Positions 26,235 through 35,164 of a DNA stretch of 64,000 bases are shown here, piece by piece (position 1 is the first letter of the stretch; every line of letters begins with the position of its first letter). The notes beneath the pieces are model-generated. The model saw only the letters and a list, made by a program, of their open reading frames with translations. It made no database searches and was not told where the DNA came from. A program made the position numbers and the translations under genes. The stretch covers positions 32,001 to 96,000 of the IMG/VR virus record IMGVR_UViG_3300044709_000179; one strand, written 5' to 3'. Source of the stretch: a virus (taxonomy: Duplodnaviria; Caudoviricetes).

Positions 26235-28385
26235 TCAGAAGTAGGTAATAACTTGGCAATAGCCACCGCCACCCGCGCCGCCGGCACCTGAGTTGCTGCC
26301 GTTGACTGAGGCGCCGCCACCGCCGCCGCCGCCGCCCCAGGAGCCACCCGCGCCGCCGGTTTGACCCACGCCGGAAGTCGACGAAGCACCGCCGCCGCCG
26401 CCACCACCTGGGAGGCTTCCGCCGGGCGTGGAGCCGGCTCCAGGGCTGGCGCCTCCTGCGACGCCTGCGGATGCCGCCGCGGCGGCAACGCCGGACATGG
26501 CCCCGCCCGCGCCGCCGTTACTCGCCGTCTCCGACGCGGAGATGATGCCGCCACCCGAACCGCCGCCGGTCGCGCCGAAACCCGAGGAGCCCGCGTTGCC
26601 GACGGTGCCTGTCGTTGAGGCGCTTCCGCCACCCGAGCCTGTGATGTAGCCACCGCCGGCCGACCCGCCGGTGCCGGTCGCGTTGGTGCCTCCCGCGCCG
26701 CCGGACGAGGAGGAGGCGCGCACGTAGGAACCGAACGTAGTGGTTCCGCCGGCGCCGCCGTTGCCGCCGTTGGTGTCGTCAGCGGTCGCCGCCGCGCCGG
26801 CGGAACCACCCGAACCGATGGTGACAGTCACGGGGGAGGTGATCGCCGACGCGGCCAAGGTGACGCGGGTGATGCCGCCGGCCGCGCCACCTCCGCCGCC
26901 GCATCGCACCGATGCGGCGGCGCCGCGACGTCCGCCACCCCCGCCGGAGCCGCCGGAGATGACGAGAATGTCGACGGAGACAGCACCGGTCGGCTTGGTC
27001 CACGTGCCGCTGCCACTGAAGGTCTGCACGTCGGGGGACCGTGCCGCCCATTTCATGCCATCGGTCTGGGTGGAGTCGGCGACGAGCGCGTAGCCGTCGG
27101 TGCCGATCGCCTTGCGCGCCACTGTGTCGGCAGCCGTGGCGACGATCAGGTCGCCTTTCGCATCCACCAGCGCCTGCGCCACAAACCGCGCGTCCAGACT
27201 GGACAGGGTGACCCGCCCAGAGGCGATCGTCCACACCCCGGCCCCGTTGGAGGTGAGGACCAGCGCCTCGTCCGTCAGGGTCAAGGTGACCGACGTGCCG
27301 GCCGCGTTGATGGTGTCGGTGCCGGCCCGCGCGATCGTCAGCGCGTTGGACCCGGAGGTGGCCAGCAGTTTGAATGCGACCTGCGCACCGGCCACGTTGG
27401 CGGCGGGCAGCGTCGCGGTGAACGAGCCGCCGGAGACGTCGCAACGCACCAGTTCCCACGCGGCTGCGGTGTACGTCCCCGTCTTGGTCGCGGTGACCGT
27501 CCACTTCGGCGTGACGTCGGCGGCGGTCAGTCCGTTCGGCCACGCGCTCGCACGGTCCAGCGGGTCCCGGTCGGTGACCGCGGTCGCCTTGAGCGCGGTC
27601 ACCTGGGCGGTCCAGTAGGTGGCGAGGGCGTTCCAACTCGTGTCCGTGACCTGCGTGGTGTAGCACCAGCGGGCGCCGAGCGATGCGGCGTGCGCGATCG
27701 CGGCAGCCATGTTGCCGGACGACACCCCGTAGACGAGGTGCAGGTACTTCGACGGCGGGTGCAGGTGGTACCAGTCTGCGGCATAGCCGGGCACCGTCGC
27801 GGCGAGGTAGGAGCCCGAGGTGAAGTCGCCCTCCCAGGTGCACACGATGTCGGCCGGCGCGACGTAGGCGTCGGCGAGCGGGTGCGTGCCCGGGTTGACG
27901 ACCACCGTCCAGCCGGAGGCCTTGCGGCGGGCGTAGTCGCACAGCGCCTGGAAGTACGTGACCTTGTCGCCGTTGGCGCCGGTCGGGGAGATGTCGTAGA
28001 AGATGCCGTCGACCGTGTACAGCGACGCCCACAGGTCCACGTCGGCCTGGACGGTCGCCTGCGCACGGGTGCCCGGACCGGTGCCGCCGTCCATCGACAC
28101 GTAGCCGAGAACGCGCGTGCCGGCCTTGCGGGCGTTGGCGATCGCGGTCACGTAGTCGCTGTTGGCAGACCCGCCGGGGCCGGTGGCCGGGTTGGCGATG
28201 ACCATGCCCGACGGGTTGGCCGTCATCGTCACCCAGTCGCTGCCCGCGAAGCTCGGGTAGACGTACAGGGGCACAATGGGGCGCATCGCGACGCCGTTGA
28301 CGGCCGTGGTGATGGCGGTCGCCTGAGCAGCAGCGACATCGGCGGCGCCGCCGCCGTCGCCCAGAAAGAGGTAGCCGTCGCTCAC
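26235..28385 (-). CDS. Spherulin-4 (GH135)-like domain fused to glycine-rich fibre domain
   Basis: IVPLYVYP, IANPATGPG, RVLGYV, VDGIFYD, VVVNPGT, ADIVCTWEG, YLHLVY; TWTKPTGA Gly-rich tail. Confidence 0.82.
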   Translation of the reverse strand: MSDGYLFLGDGGGAADVAAAQATAITTAVNGVAMRPIVPLYVYPSFAGSDWVTMTANPSGMVIANPATGPGGSANSDYVTAIANARKAGTRVLGYVSMDGGTGPGTRAQATVQADVDLWASLYTVDGIFYDISPTGANGDKVTYFQALCDYARRKASGWTVVVNPGTHPLADAYVAPADIVCTWEGDFTSGSYLAATVPGYAADWYHLHPPSKYLHLVYGVSSGNMAAAIAHAASLGARWCYTTQVTDTSWNALATYWTAQVTALKATAVTDRDPLDRASAWPNGLTAADVTPKWTVTATKTGTYTAAAWELVRCDVSGGSFTATLPAANVAGAQVAFKLLATSGSNALTIARAGTDTINAAGTSVTLTLTDEALVLTSNGAGVWTIASGRVTLSSLDARFVAQALVDAKGDLIVATAADTVARKAIGTDGYALVADSTQTDGMKWAARSPDVQTFSGSGTWTKPTGAVSVDILVISGGSGGGGGRRGAAASVRCGGGGGAAGGITRVTLAASAITSPVTVTIGSGGSAGAAATADDTNGGNGGAGGTTTFGSYVRASSSSGGAGGTNATGTGGSAGGGYITGSGGGSASTTGTVGNAGSSGFGATGGGSGGGIISASETASNGGAGGAMSGVAAAAASAGVAGGASPGAGSTPGGSLPGGGGGGGASSTSGVGQTGGAGGSWGGGGGGGGASVNGSNSGAGGAGGGGYCQVITYF

Positions 28386-28666
28386 CAGACACTCACCGAA
28401 ACCGTCGGAGTGCCGGCCGAGCGCAGCCGGACCTTCGCCACGCCGGACATCTTGATCGGGCCCTCGAAGCTCGCGAGCACGGCGGGGATGACGTCGTTGC
28501 CGTCCATGTTTCCGCTGACGGTACCGATGGCGACGTCCTTGGCGTTGAAGTAGACGGGCGCCGGGTTGTCGAGCACAGTTACGCGGTACCGGCTGTAGCC
28601 CTCCCCGAAGGTGAGGGTCGTCTGCGTGTCGGCGGACAACGTCACATGCTGCGGCGAAACGCCCAC
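28382..28666 (-). CDS. Small beta-rich virion protein
   Basis: GAGG RBS; GTGA overlap with next gene. Confidence 0.65.
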   Translation of the reverse strand: MGVSPQHVTLSADTQTTLTFGEGYSRYRVTVLDNPAPVYFNAKDVAIGTVSGNMDGNDVIPAVLASFEGPIKMSGVAKVRLRSAGTPTVSVSVW

Positions 28667-28700
28667 GTCCTCACCTCACTTCCTGGTTGGGATGAGCGGA

Positions 28701-29057
28701 TCAGGTGGACTGGATGCCGGCGGCGCGCAGCGCGGCCAGTTCGGCGTTGAGCTTCGTGCGGGCCGCGGCGAGGTCCACCACGGTCGCAGCGACCGTCGAG
28801 CGCAGTGCGGTGATGTCGGTGACCAGCGCCGCCACCGTGGTCCGCAGCGCGGTCACGTCGGCCAGCAGCGCGTCGAATTCGTCGTCGGTCGGGGTGGCCC
28901 CAGCCGCCGTCACTGCGGTGAGCGCGGCCGGAGCCGACGCGGTGAGCGCCGATGGGGTGCTCGACGTGAGTGCGCCCTGGTCTGCGACAGCAGCGGCCGG
29001 GTTGACGCCAAGCGTCGGCTTGTCGCCATAGTAGGCGGCCCGTGGTGCTCCGGTCAT
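28701..29057 (-). CDS. Head fibre/decoration-like protein
   Basis: Coiled coil ending KLNAELAALRAAGI. Confidence 0.65.
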   Translation of the reverse strand: MTGAPRAAYYGDKPTLGVNPAAAVADQGALTSSTPSALTASAPAALTAVTAAGATPTDDEFDALLADVTALRTTVAALVTDITALRSTVAATVVDLAAARTKLNAELAALRAAGIQST

Positions 29058-29290
29058 GGCTGGTTCCCCCTCTTGCCGCGCCGGGGCTGCCGGACGGTAG
29101 CGGTCGTCCTGGTAGATTCCGGCGGCACGGCCGGCTCCGTGAGTTGGAGCTCGACCGTGCCGACGGGTGGTTGCTTGACCTCGTTGAGGCCGTGGATTCG
29201 AGCCAGCAGCCGGTTCTGTTCGGCCAGCAGCGCGCACATCTCGTGCAGAAACTGCTGGTCATTGGTGACCGGCTGCGGCAGGTCGGTCAT
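29054..29290 (-). CDS. Hypothetical protein after capsid gene
   Basis: LPQPVT...LTEP; ATGA overlap. Confidence 0.6.
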   Translation of the reverse strand: MTDLPQPVTNDQQFLHEMCALLAEQNRLLARIHGLNEVKQPPVGTVELQLTEPAVPPESTRTTATVRQPRRGKRGNQP

Positions 29291-29291
29291 G

Positions 29292-30437
29292 TCAGGAGCC
29301 GTCACCCTGTGAGCCGATGGTCATGCGGGGGTCGATTCGGCTCCCGCCAAATACGTGAACAACCTTCTTCTCCGCCGCGCTGTGGTTGAACGACCACGGC
29401 ACCTCGCCGCCGCCGATGCGGCGCATGTCCGGCAACTTCTCGTACAGCGCCGGGGCCTCATAGCCGCGCAGGCGGCCGAACTCCAACGCCGGACGGGACT
29501 CGCCCGGGTTCGCGAATAGCCACCACGAGGTGTCCGCGTTCGCCGTGGTGGCGACGGTCGGGATGAAGTAGTTGACGTTCACCCGCAGGTTGGCGGCGAC
29601 GCCGTTGCCCCGGATGATCGTCACGTCACCGTTGGCGCCGACCGCACGGTATTCGGTCGCGTTGACGATCTCGTTGGCGGCCAGCGCGAGGCCGGGGCCG
29701 ACGACGAGCTCGACGCTCTTGACCTGGATCGGCATGCCTTTGTCGTCGACCCGCTTCGTCAGCACGGTGATCGCCGCCTGCAGCGCGGCGCGGGTCAGCG
29801 CCGGGTTGCCGGTCAGGATGTTGAGGTTGCCGGACGTGTAGAAGCTCGCGTGCGGGCCGCTCGCGTCACAGAACAGTTCGGTGACAAAGAGTTCCTCGGA
29901 GTCGATCGCCGACTGGGCGAGGTCCTGCGGCAGCCGCATGAACGCGTCCAGGTCGTCGTTGATCATCGCCTCGAAGGACAGCCCGAAGCCGGCCTCGTAC
30001 TTGTCGACCGCGTACTTGTACTCGGCCAAGCTCTGCGCGCGGCGCTTGTGCTCGTCGAGCTCCTGCACCTTCTCCAGCCGGCCACGGATGCCGGTCGTGG
30101 CGAACCGCTTCACCTCGCGGAAGTCGTTGACCGTCGCCGCGCGGGCGTAGTTGCGCCACGTCGGCTCCGTCGCCGTGTAGGCGCCGTACATCTGCCGGTC
30201 CAGGCTGTCGGCGAAGTACAGCGGGAAGTCGCTGCGGGTCATCGCCTCCTGGAAGTGGTGGATCGGGCGACGCCCCCGCCGGATGTCATCCAGGAAGCGC
30301 TCGGCCTCGACGAGTAGTTCCGGCTTCAGATGCGGCCGGTTCAGCGCGACCGCCTGCCGGTCGCCGAACAGCACACCGTACGAGGCGGACTCGGCGTCGA
30401 GTTCCGCCACGGTGCGGGAGAACAGAGTGTTGGTCAT
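29292..30437 (-). CDS. Major capsid protein (Mu gpT-like)
   Basis: EAMTRSDFP...VNDFRE...LSFEAMINDDLDAF...SWWLFA...LRGYEAP. Confidence 0.88.
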   Translation of the reverse strand: MTNTLFSRTVAELDAESASYGVLFGDRQAVALNRPHLKPELLVEAERFLDDIRRGRRPIHHFQEAMTRSDFPLYFADSLDRQMYGAYTATEPTWRNYARAATVNDFREVKRFATTGIRGRLEKVQELDEHKRRAQSLAEYKYAVDKYEAGFGLSFEAMINDDLDAFMRLPQDLAQSAIDSEELFVTELFCDASGPHASFYTSGNLNILTGNPALTRAALQAAITVLTKRVDDKGMPIQVKSVELVVGPGLALAANEIVNATEYRAVGANGDVTIIRGNGVAANLRVNVNYFIPTVATTANADTSWWLFANPGESRPALEFGRLRGYEAPALYEKLPDMRRIGGGEVPWSFNHSAAEKKVVHVFGGSRIDPRMTIGSQGDGS

Positions 30438-30450
30438 GTCGGTCGTCTCC

Positions 30451-30810
30451 TCAGCCGGCCAGGCGGACTTCGATGTTCGTGCCGGTGGCTCCCGACGCGA
30501 CGGTGTCGACGGCGTGACCGATCAGGGTGCCGGTCGCCTTCTTGCTGACCGGCGGGGTGTCGGCGTCCGTGTAGTAGAGGGCGTCACCGGTCGCCACGGC
30601 GCTGTTGCCGGACCCGTCGATGCCCTTGACGGTGAGCGCGGCGCAGCCGTTGAACTTGACGGTCGTCTTGCCGGTGACCGTGTCCTCGTCGGTCAGCGCG
30701 ACCCCGGCCTTGACGCCCCAGCGGACCGGCGAGCCGGAGGTGGGGGTCGTCGGGTGCGAGACGGTGACGGCGAGCTGGTCGCCGAGCTCGCGGGTGATGT
30801 TCGTTGCCAT
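30451..30810 (-). CDS. Capsid cement protein (DUF2190-like)
   Basis: SGSPVRWG..GVALTD...GDALYY...IGHAV. Confidence 0.8.
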   Translation of the reverse strand: MATNITRELGDQLAVTVSHPTTPTSGSPVRWGVKAGVALTDEDTVTGKTTVKFNGCAALTVKGIDGSGNSAVATGDALYYTDADTPPVSKKATGTLIGHAVDTVASGATGTNIEVRLAG

Positions 30811-30826
30811 GTCGATTTCCCCCTTC

Positions 30827-32422
30827 TCAGATCGCTCGGCCGCGGGCTGCCGCGGTAGCCGCTTCGGCGGTCAGGCCTCGGGACTTGTAGGCCTCCACGA
30901 GGGCGGTGTTGACCGGCGTGGTCGGCGTGGCCCACGAACTGGCCGACGCCGTGTCGGTCGCCGTCGCGACCGGCTGACCGAACCCCGTGACCCGGCCCGC
31001 GCCGTCGGCCTCGGCCAGCGACGCCAGGTAGGTCTTCTCGGCGGTCGCCTCGGCCTCGACGAGGGTCTTGAACGCGGCCTCGTCGAAGGTGCCGGACTCG
31101 GTGAGCGGAACCCGCCGTTCGACGGAGGCGAGCACGCGGGCTTGCGCCGCGGGCGGAAGACCGGACTCCGCGAGAGCGACCGCGGCGATCGGGCGGGCAG
31201 CCTCGACCGCGCGGAACCGCTGCAGCTCCGTCTTCGCCTCGGCGGCCTCCCGCAGCGCCACATCGCGGGCCTGCTCGGCGGCGGCGCGCGCCCGGTCAGC
31301 CTCCTGCGCCTGAATGTTGACGGTTTCGATGGCCGGCGCGACCTCGGCCGTACCCGCCGTTCCCGGCGCCGGGCCGGTGGTGCTCCCCGACATGGGGTGC
31401 TCCTCTCGTTGTGGTGGGTTGGGTGCGGTCGGCGCCGTGCCGTCCGTCACGTCTTCTGCGGGGGTTTCGCCGCCGCCGGCGGCGTGTGCGTCCGGCTCAA
31501 CCTCGGCGGTGCTTGGCGGCTCGGGCCCGCGGAACGCCTCGGCGATGGCCGCAGCGGTCTCCGGGCACTCCCACGGCGAGCGCTGGAACAGCTGCGGCGC
31601 GTCCGCTTCGACCCGCGCCGACCACGCCTGAAGGCCGTCGCCGATCGCGGCCGACAGGGTGATCCGCTCCTCGCGGGTCAGTCGACCGTCGCCGTACATG
31701 TCGTCAGCGAACGTGGTCAGGGCGAGATGCAGCCGCGACTCCAGCCATGCGCCGACGTTGCGGGCCTCGCGCAGTTCGACCGGCTGCGGTGCGGGCTCTG
31801 AGGCCTCACGTCGCGCGGCCTCACGTGCAGACTCCAGCAGCGACACGATCCGCCCGCCCGCGCCGGCCGAGGTGACGAAATCGACGCTCTTGCCGACACT
31901 GATGGACTCCACGATCAAGCCCTTGCGGCCTTCGCGGGCGCCGTAGACCCCCTCGCCGTCAGCGTTGATGGAGACGCCGATGTTCTCCCATGCCTCCCGG
32001 ATGAACGGGGCATACGCGCTGAACACCTTCACCTTGGCCCGCATCGTCTTGCCGCCGTCCGGCGTGTACGGCGTCTCGTCGATGACCGCGGCGAGGGTCT
32101 GCAGTGACCGCTCAGGGCGTTCGACCGCCTCGCTGATCGAGGGGTGGTCGAGGTGGACGTGGGTGCCTTTGCCGAGCACGGTCGGCACGTCACGCACCAG
32201 CACGTCGGCCGGGTAGTAGCGGGTGCCGGCACGGTTCCAGCCGGCAGAGATGATCTGCATGTCGACGAGCAGCGGGCCCGCCCCGGTGGCGGGCGCTTCG
32301 CTGATGGCGCGGACGACCGACTCGCGCAGTTCAGCGCGCTCCACGGTGACAGCGGACTCCCGCAGCGGAATCACCAGCCGTGCCGCGAGGTCGCGGTTGG
32401 TGGGGCCGAGACTGTTCGGCAT
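30827..32422 (-). CDS. Prohead protease / scaffold fusion
   Basis: RYYP, HLDHP, IGVSINA, SVDFVTSAGAGGRI; Ala/Glu-rich C-terminus. Confidence 0.85.
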   Translation of the reverse strand: MPNSLGPTNRDLAARLVIPLRESAVTVERAELRESVVRAISEAPATGAGPLLVDMQIISAGWNRAGTRYYPADVLVRDVPTVLGKGTHVHLDHPSISEAVERPERSLQTLAAVIDETPYTPDGGKTMRAKVKVFSAYAPFIREAWENIGVSINADGEGVYGAREGRKGLIVESISVGKSVDFVTSAGAGGRIVSLLESAREAARREASEPAPQPVELREARNVGAWLESRLHLALTTFADDMYGDGRLTREERITLSAAIGDGLQAWSARVEADAPQLFQRSPWECPETAAAIAEAFRGPEPPSTAEVEPDAHAAGGGETPAEDVTDGTAPTAPNPPQREEHPMSGSTTGPAPGTAGTAEVAPAIETVNIQAQEADRARAAAEQARDVALREAAEAKTELQRFRAVEAARPIAAVALAESGLPPAAQARVLASVERRVPLTESGTFDEAAFKTLVEAEATAEKTYLASLAEADGAGRVTGFGQPVATATDTASASSWATPTTPVNTALVEAYKSRGLTAEAATAAARGRAI

Positions 32423-32460
32423 CAGGCCTCCTCGTGAGGTGGGTGACGCCGGATGCGGCG

Positions 32461-32610
32461 CTAGTGGATTTGCGCGACGATCGACACCCAGAAGGCGCCG
32501 AGAAAGACGAGGGCGAAGCCCAGCCACTGCGGCTGGAAGCGCGGGTGACTAACGCCGAAGCCCGCTAGGGCCAGCAGCGCGACGCCGAGGAAGACGAGGA
32601 GTGCGGCCAT
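32461..32610 (-). CDS. 49-aa two-TM membrane protein (absent from ORF track)
   Basis: GGGAGG RBS; MAALLVFLGVALLALAGFGVSHPRFQPQWLGFALVFLGAFWVSIVAQIH. Confidence 0.7.
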   Translation of the reverse strand: MAALLVFLGVALLALAGFGVSHPRFQPQWLGFALVFLGAFWVSIVAQIH

Positions 32611-32628
32611 GTCGACCTCCCGGTTGAG

Positions 32629-32952
32629 CTAAACCCTGGGTGTCAGTGTTTTTTGGGCACTGGCGAAGTGGCGGTCATCGCGCTCGGCAGAGAACGCCCA
32701 GGCCTCGGATCCATCGCCGAGTAGGTTCCAACCCGTCACGGTTCCCGCCTCATCAGTAATCAACGCCAGCGCGAACCCACGAGGATGGAAGACGACTCGG
32801 TTGATCAGCCACAACAAGCCGGTGTCACGCAGTTCGCTCAGCGGTTTCGGCGGGGTGCGCCCTTCGCCGGACCCATCGCACCCGTGGCACGCTTCGCCCT
32901 CGTCTCCGGCCGCTCCAACGCCACCGCAGGTGCCACAGTCGGGCGCGACCAT
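32629..32952 (-). CDS. Protein with two CxxCxGxG motifs
   Basis: CGTCGGVG, CHGCDGSG; GLLWLINRVVFHPRG. Confidence 0.7.
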   Translation of the reverse strand: MVAPDCGTCGGVGAAGDEGEACHGCDGSGEGRTPPKPLSELRDTGLLWLINRVVFHPRGFALALITDEAGTVTGWNLLGDGSEAWAFSAERDDRHFASAQKTLTPRV

Positions 32953-33494
32953 CAGGCGCCTTCGCGGAGCAACGTGAACGGTCCGCGCACCCCGGCGCTG
33001 TGCCGCTCGGCCGCCTGAAGTGCGCCCATCACCCGCTCATCGGCGGACAGGCCCAGGGCGCGGGTTGCGTGTAGCGCGCCCAGCGCGATGTCCGCGCCGC
33101 AGCCGACCGCCGCGTAGCCGTCGAGCGGTTCACCGACCTGATAGTCGGAGTCGACCTCGAACAGCCGCCCGCGCACCCCGACCAGGAAGGTGCCGCCCGA
33201 CTCCTGCCCGGAGTAGTTGGCGGCGTAGCCACCTTCCTGCAGGCAGCCCCGGACCGCATCGATCCACTCGGTGACCATGAACTGTTCGAGCTCGTCGCCG
33301 TTCGGCGGCGGGGGCTTCAGCGACCAGCGGAGCAGTTGGCCCATCCGGAACGACGAAGTGAACCCCATCACGTATGGACCGTTGATGAAGACCTTGCTAT
33401 CGCGGCGCACCGTCAACTGGTAGCCGCCGATGCCGGCCGAGTCGCCACCGATCAGGACGGCACCGCTGTCGACCACGCCCGCGATGACGGTCAC
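32952..33494 (-). CDS. HslV/proteasome-beta-like Ntn hydrolase
   Basis: M-T-V-I-A-G N-terminal Thr, GGDS, SKVF, YAAVGCG...ALGAL. Confidence 0.75.
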   Translation of the reverse strand: MTVIAGVVDSGAVLIGGDSAGIGGYQLTVRRDSKVFINGPYVMGFTSSFRMGQLLRWSLKPPPPNGDELEQFMVTEWIDAVRGCLQEGGYAANYSGQESGGTFLVGVRGRLFEVDSDYQVGEPLDGYAAVGCGADIALGALHATRALGLSADERVMGALQAAERHSAGVRGPFTLLREGA

Positions 33495-35146
33495 GACGCC
33501 TCGCCCTCGTCGACTTCGCCCGGCTCATTGACCTCGGGTTCTTCGTCAGGCGGCGGCTCATCGTCCGCGAGGTCCGGCAATGCGCCCGGCTTCACCGAGG
33601 GCCAGAGGAACCGGCCGTCCTCGTCCAGCAATGCCTCGATGATGGTGTCGGCCTGGCGAACCCCGAGTGCCGCCAGGAGCAGGCGCAGCACAACCTCGGG
33701 CGGAATCGTGCCGGTCTCGTTGGCGCTGACGATCGCCTCGACCGCGTCCTTGACCTCGGTGTCGTCCAGGTCCGGCCAGACGATGTCGACGGTCATGTCC
33801 GTCTCGCCGGTCAGCTCGACAGTCTCGACGTCCCGCCAGCGGTCGCGCCGAATCGTGCCGCGCAGCATGCCCTGCGGAGCGCGGACCGACTCGGTGATGA
33901 CGTAGCGGGCGATCCGCTGCTCGACCTCGGACCACACCTCGCGGCGGTCACCCATGGCCAATTCGGTTGGCTGGTCCAGGGTTTCCGCGACGGCGCGGGC
34001 GCCGGTCTGACCCGGGTCGGACAGCAGCATCGTCACCGGCAGGCCGAGTGCGGCGGCCACCATCATGGCGAGCGGACGGCCCGACTCGGCGTCGATGGTC
34101 GCACCCGACTTCGGAATTGCCTCCAGCATCCGTCCGTCGCCGGTGATCGCGGTCGCGCCGACGTCGTCGCGCTCGCCGGTGGCGTAGTTGACGCTCGGCT
34201 GGGTGGCCAGCGCCGACCGGATCGTCTTCGCCTGCTTCGACCCGGCGGCCGTGGTCCGCCATGCGAACCTCGACAGCGCGGCCATCAGGGTGGCCCACTG
34301 CTCCAGGAACGTCTTGTAGGCGCGGGCCCAGTTGATGGCGCTGTACACGTCGGGTACGCCGTGCTGCCAGTGTTCGGGACGGTTGACGTCAACGTGCAAC
34401 ATCGGCGCGTCCCACGCGATGTCGACGCTGCCGATACGCTTCGGCCGAGCCATTGGTCGGTAGTCGACGCACGGGTAGAGCCGTTCCCGTGCCGTCTGCG
34501 CGACGGACCCGTCCGGCCCGTAGACGTTCTCGACCCACATGCGCCGGTAGAACCACGGCTCGGTGCGGTCTTCGGGGTTGCAGATGACCTCTGTGATCTC
34601 GTCGGCGAGCACCACGCGCACCTGCACGTCGCCGGTCATCGGCCGTGTGAACAGGGCCAGGAACAGTTCACCGTCGGTACCCAAGGTGCGCTCCAGGCGA
34701 CCGCGGGCCTTGGCGCCGGTGAACGCCCGCCTGTTGCCGTGGTCGTCGCGGAACGCGACCAGGGCGGCCTGCACATCCTGCTCGCCGTCGTAGCCTTTGC
34801 CGTTGGCGCGGGCCGTCACCTGCATGCCGCCGCCGTGCACGTAGGCGGTGCGCAGACGCAGTCCTTGCACGAGCAGCGGGTTGACCACGCTCATCAGCCG
34901 GCAGACGGACCGCATCTGCCGGCGACCCTCGTCGGTGAACTCCTGCTCGACGGCTACGGCGAAACGCTGCCAGCCCGGGTCGAGGAGTCGCTGCTCGAGC
35001 TCGGTGACCGACTCGCGGAACGGGGTCGAGTCGCTGAGGCGACGTTCGGCGAGTTCCAGGTTGTTGGCGGCGACCCTCAAGGCGCGGTGCGGGTCGGCCT
35101 CGACGACGTGCACTGGGCGACGACGGGAGGTGCGGGTGCGGCCCAA
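33491..35146 (-). CDS. Portal protein
   Basis: After TerL; NPL, DGELFL, acidic tail; 551 aa. Confidence 0.88.
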   Translation of the reverse strand: MGRTRTSRRRPVHVVEADPHRALRVAANNLELAERRLSDSTPFRESVTELEQRLLDPGWQRFAVAVEQEFTDEGRRQMRSVCRLMSVVNPLLVQGLRLRTAYVHGGGMQVTARANGKGYDGEQDVQAALVAFRDDHGNRRAFTGAKARGRLERTLGTDGELFLALFTRPMTGDVQVRVVLADEITEVICNPEDRTEPWFYRRMWVENVYGPDGSVAQTARERLYPCVDYRPMARPKRIGSVDIAWDAPMLHVDVNRPEHWQHGVPDVYSAINWARAYKTFLEQWATLMAALSRFAWRTTAAGSKQAKTIRSALATQPSVNYATGERDDVGATAITGDGRMLEAIPKSGATIDAESGRPLAMMVAAALGLPVTMLLSDPGQTGARAVAETLDQPTELAMGDRREVWSEVEQRIARYVITESVRAPQGMLRGTIRRDRWRDVETVELTGETDMTVDIVWPDLDDTEVKDAVEAIVSANETGTIPPEVVLRLLLAALGVRQADTIIEALLDEDGRFLWPSVKPGALPDLADDEPPPDEEPEVNEPGEVDEGEAS

Positions 35147-35164
35147 CGTCGCACCCCCGGGGGA

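Noticed and set aside
22450-28385. Diversity-generating retroelement or invertible fibre cassette
   Set aside because: No reverse transcriptase, invertase or TR/VR-type repeat seen; repeats are degenerate protein-level fibre repeats
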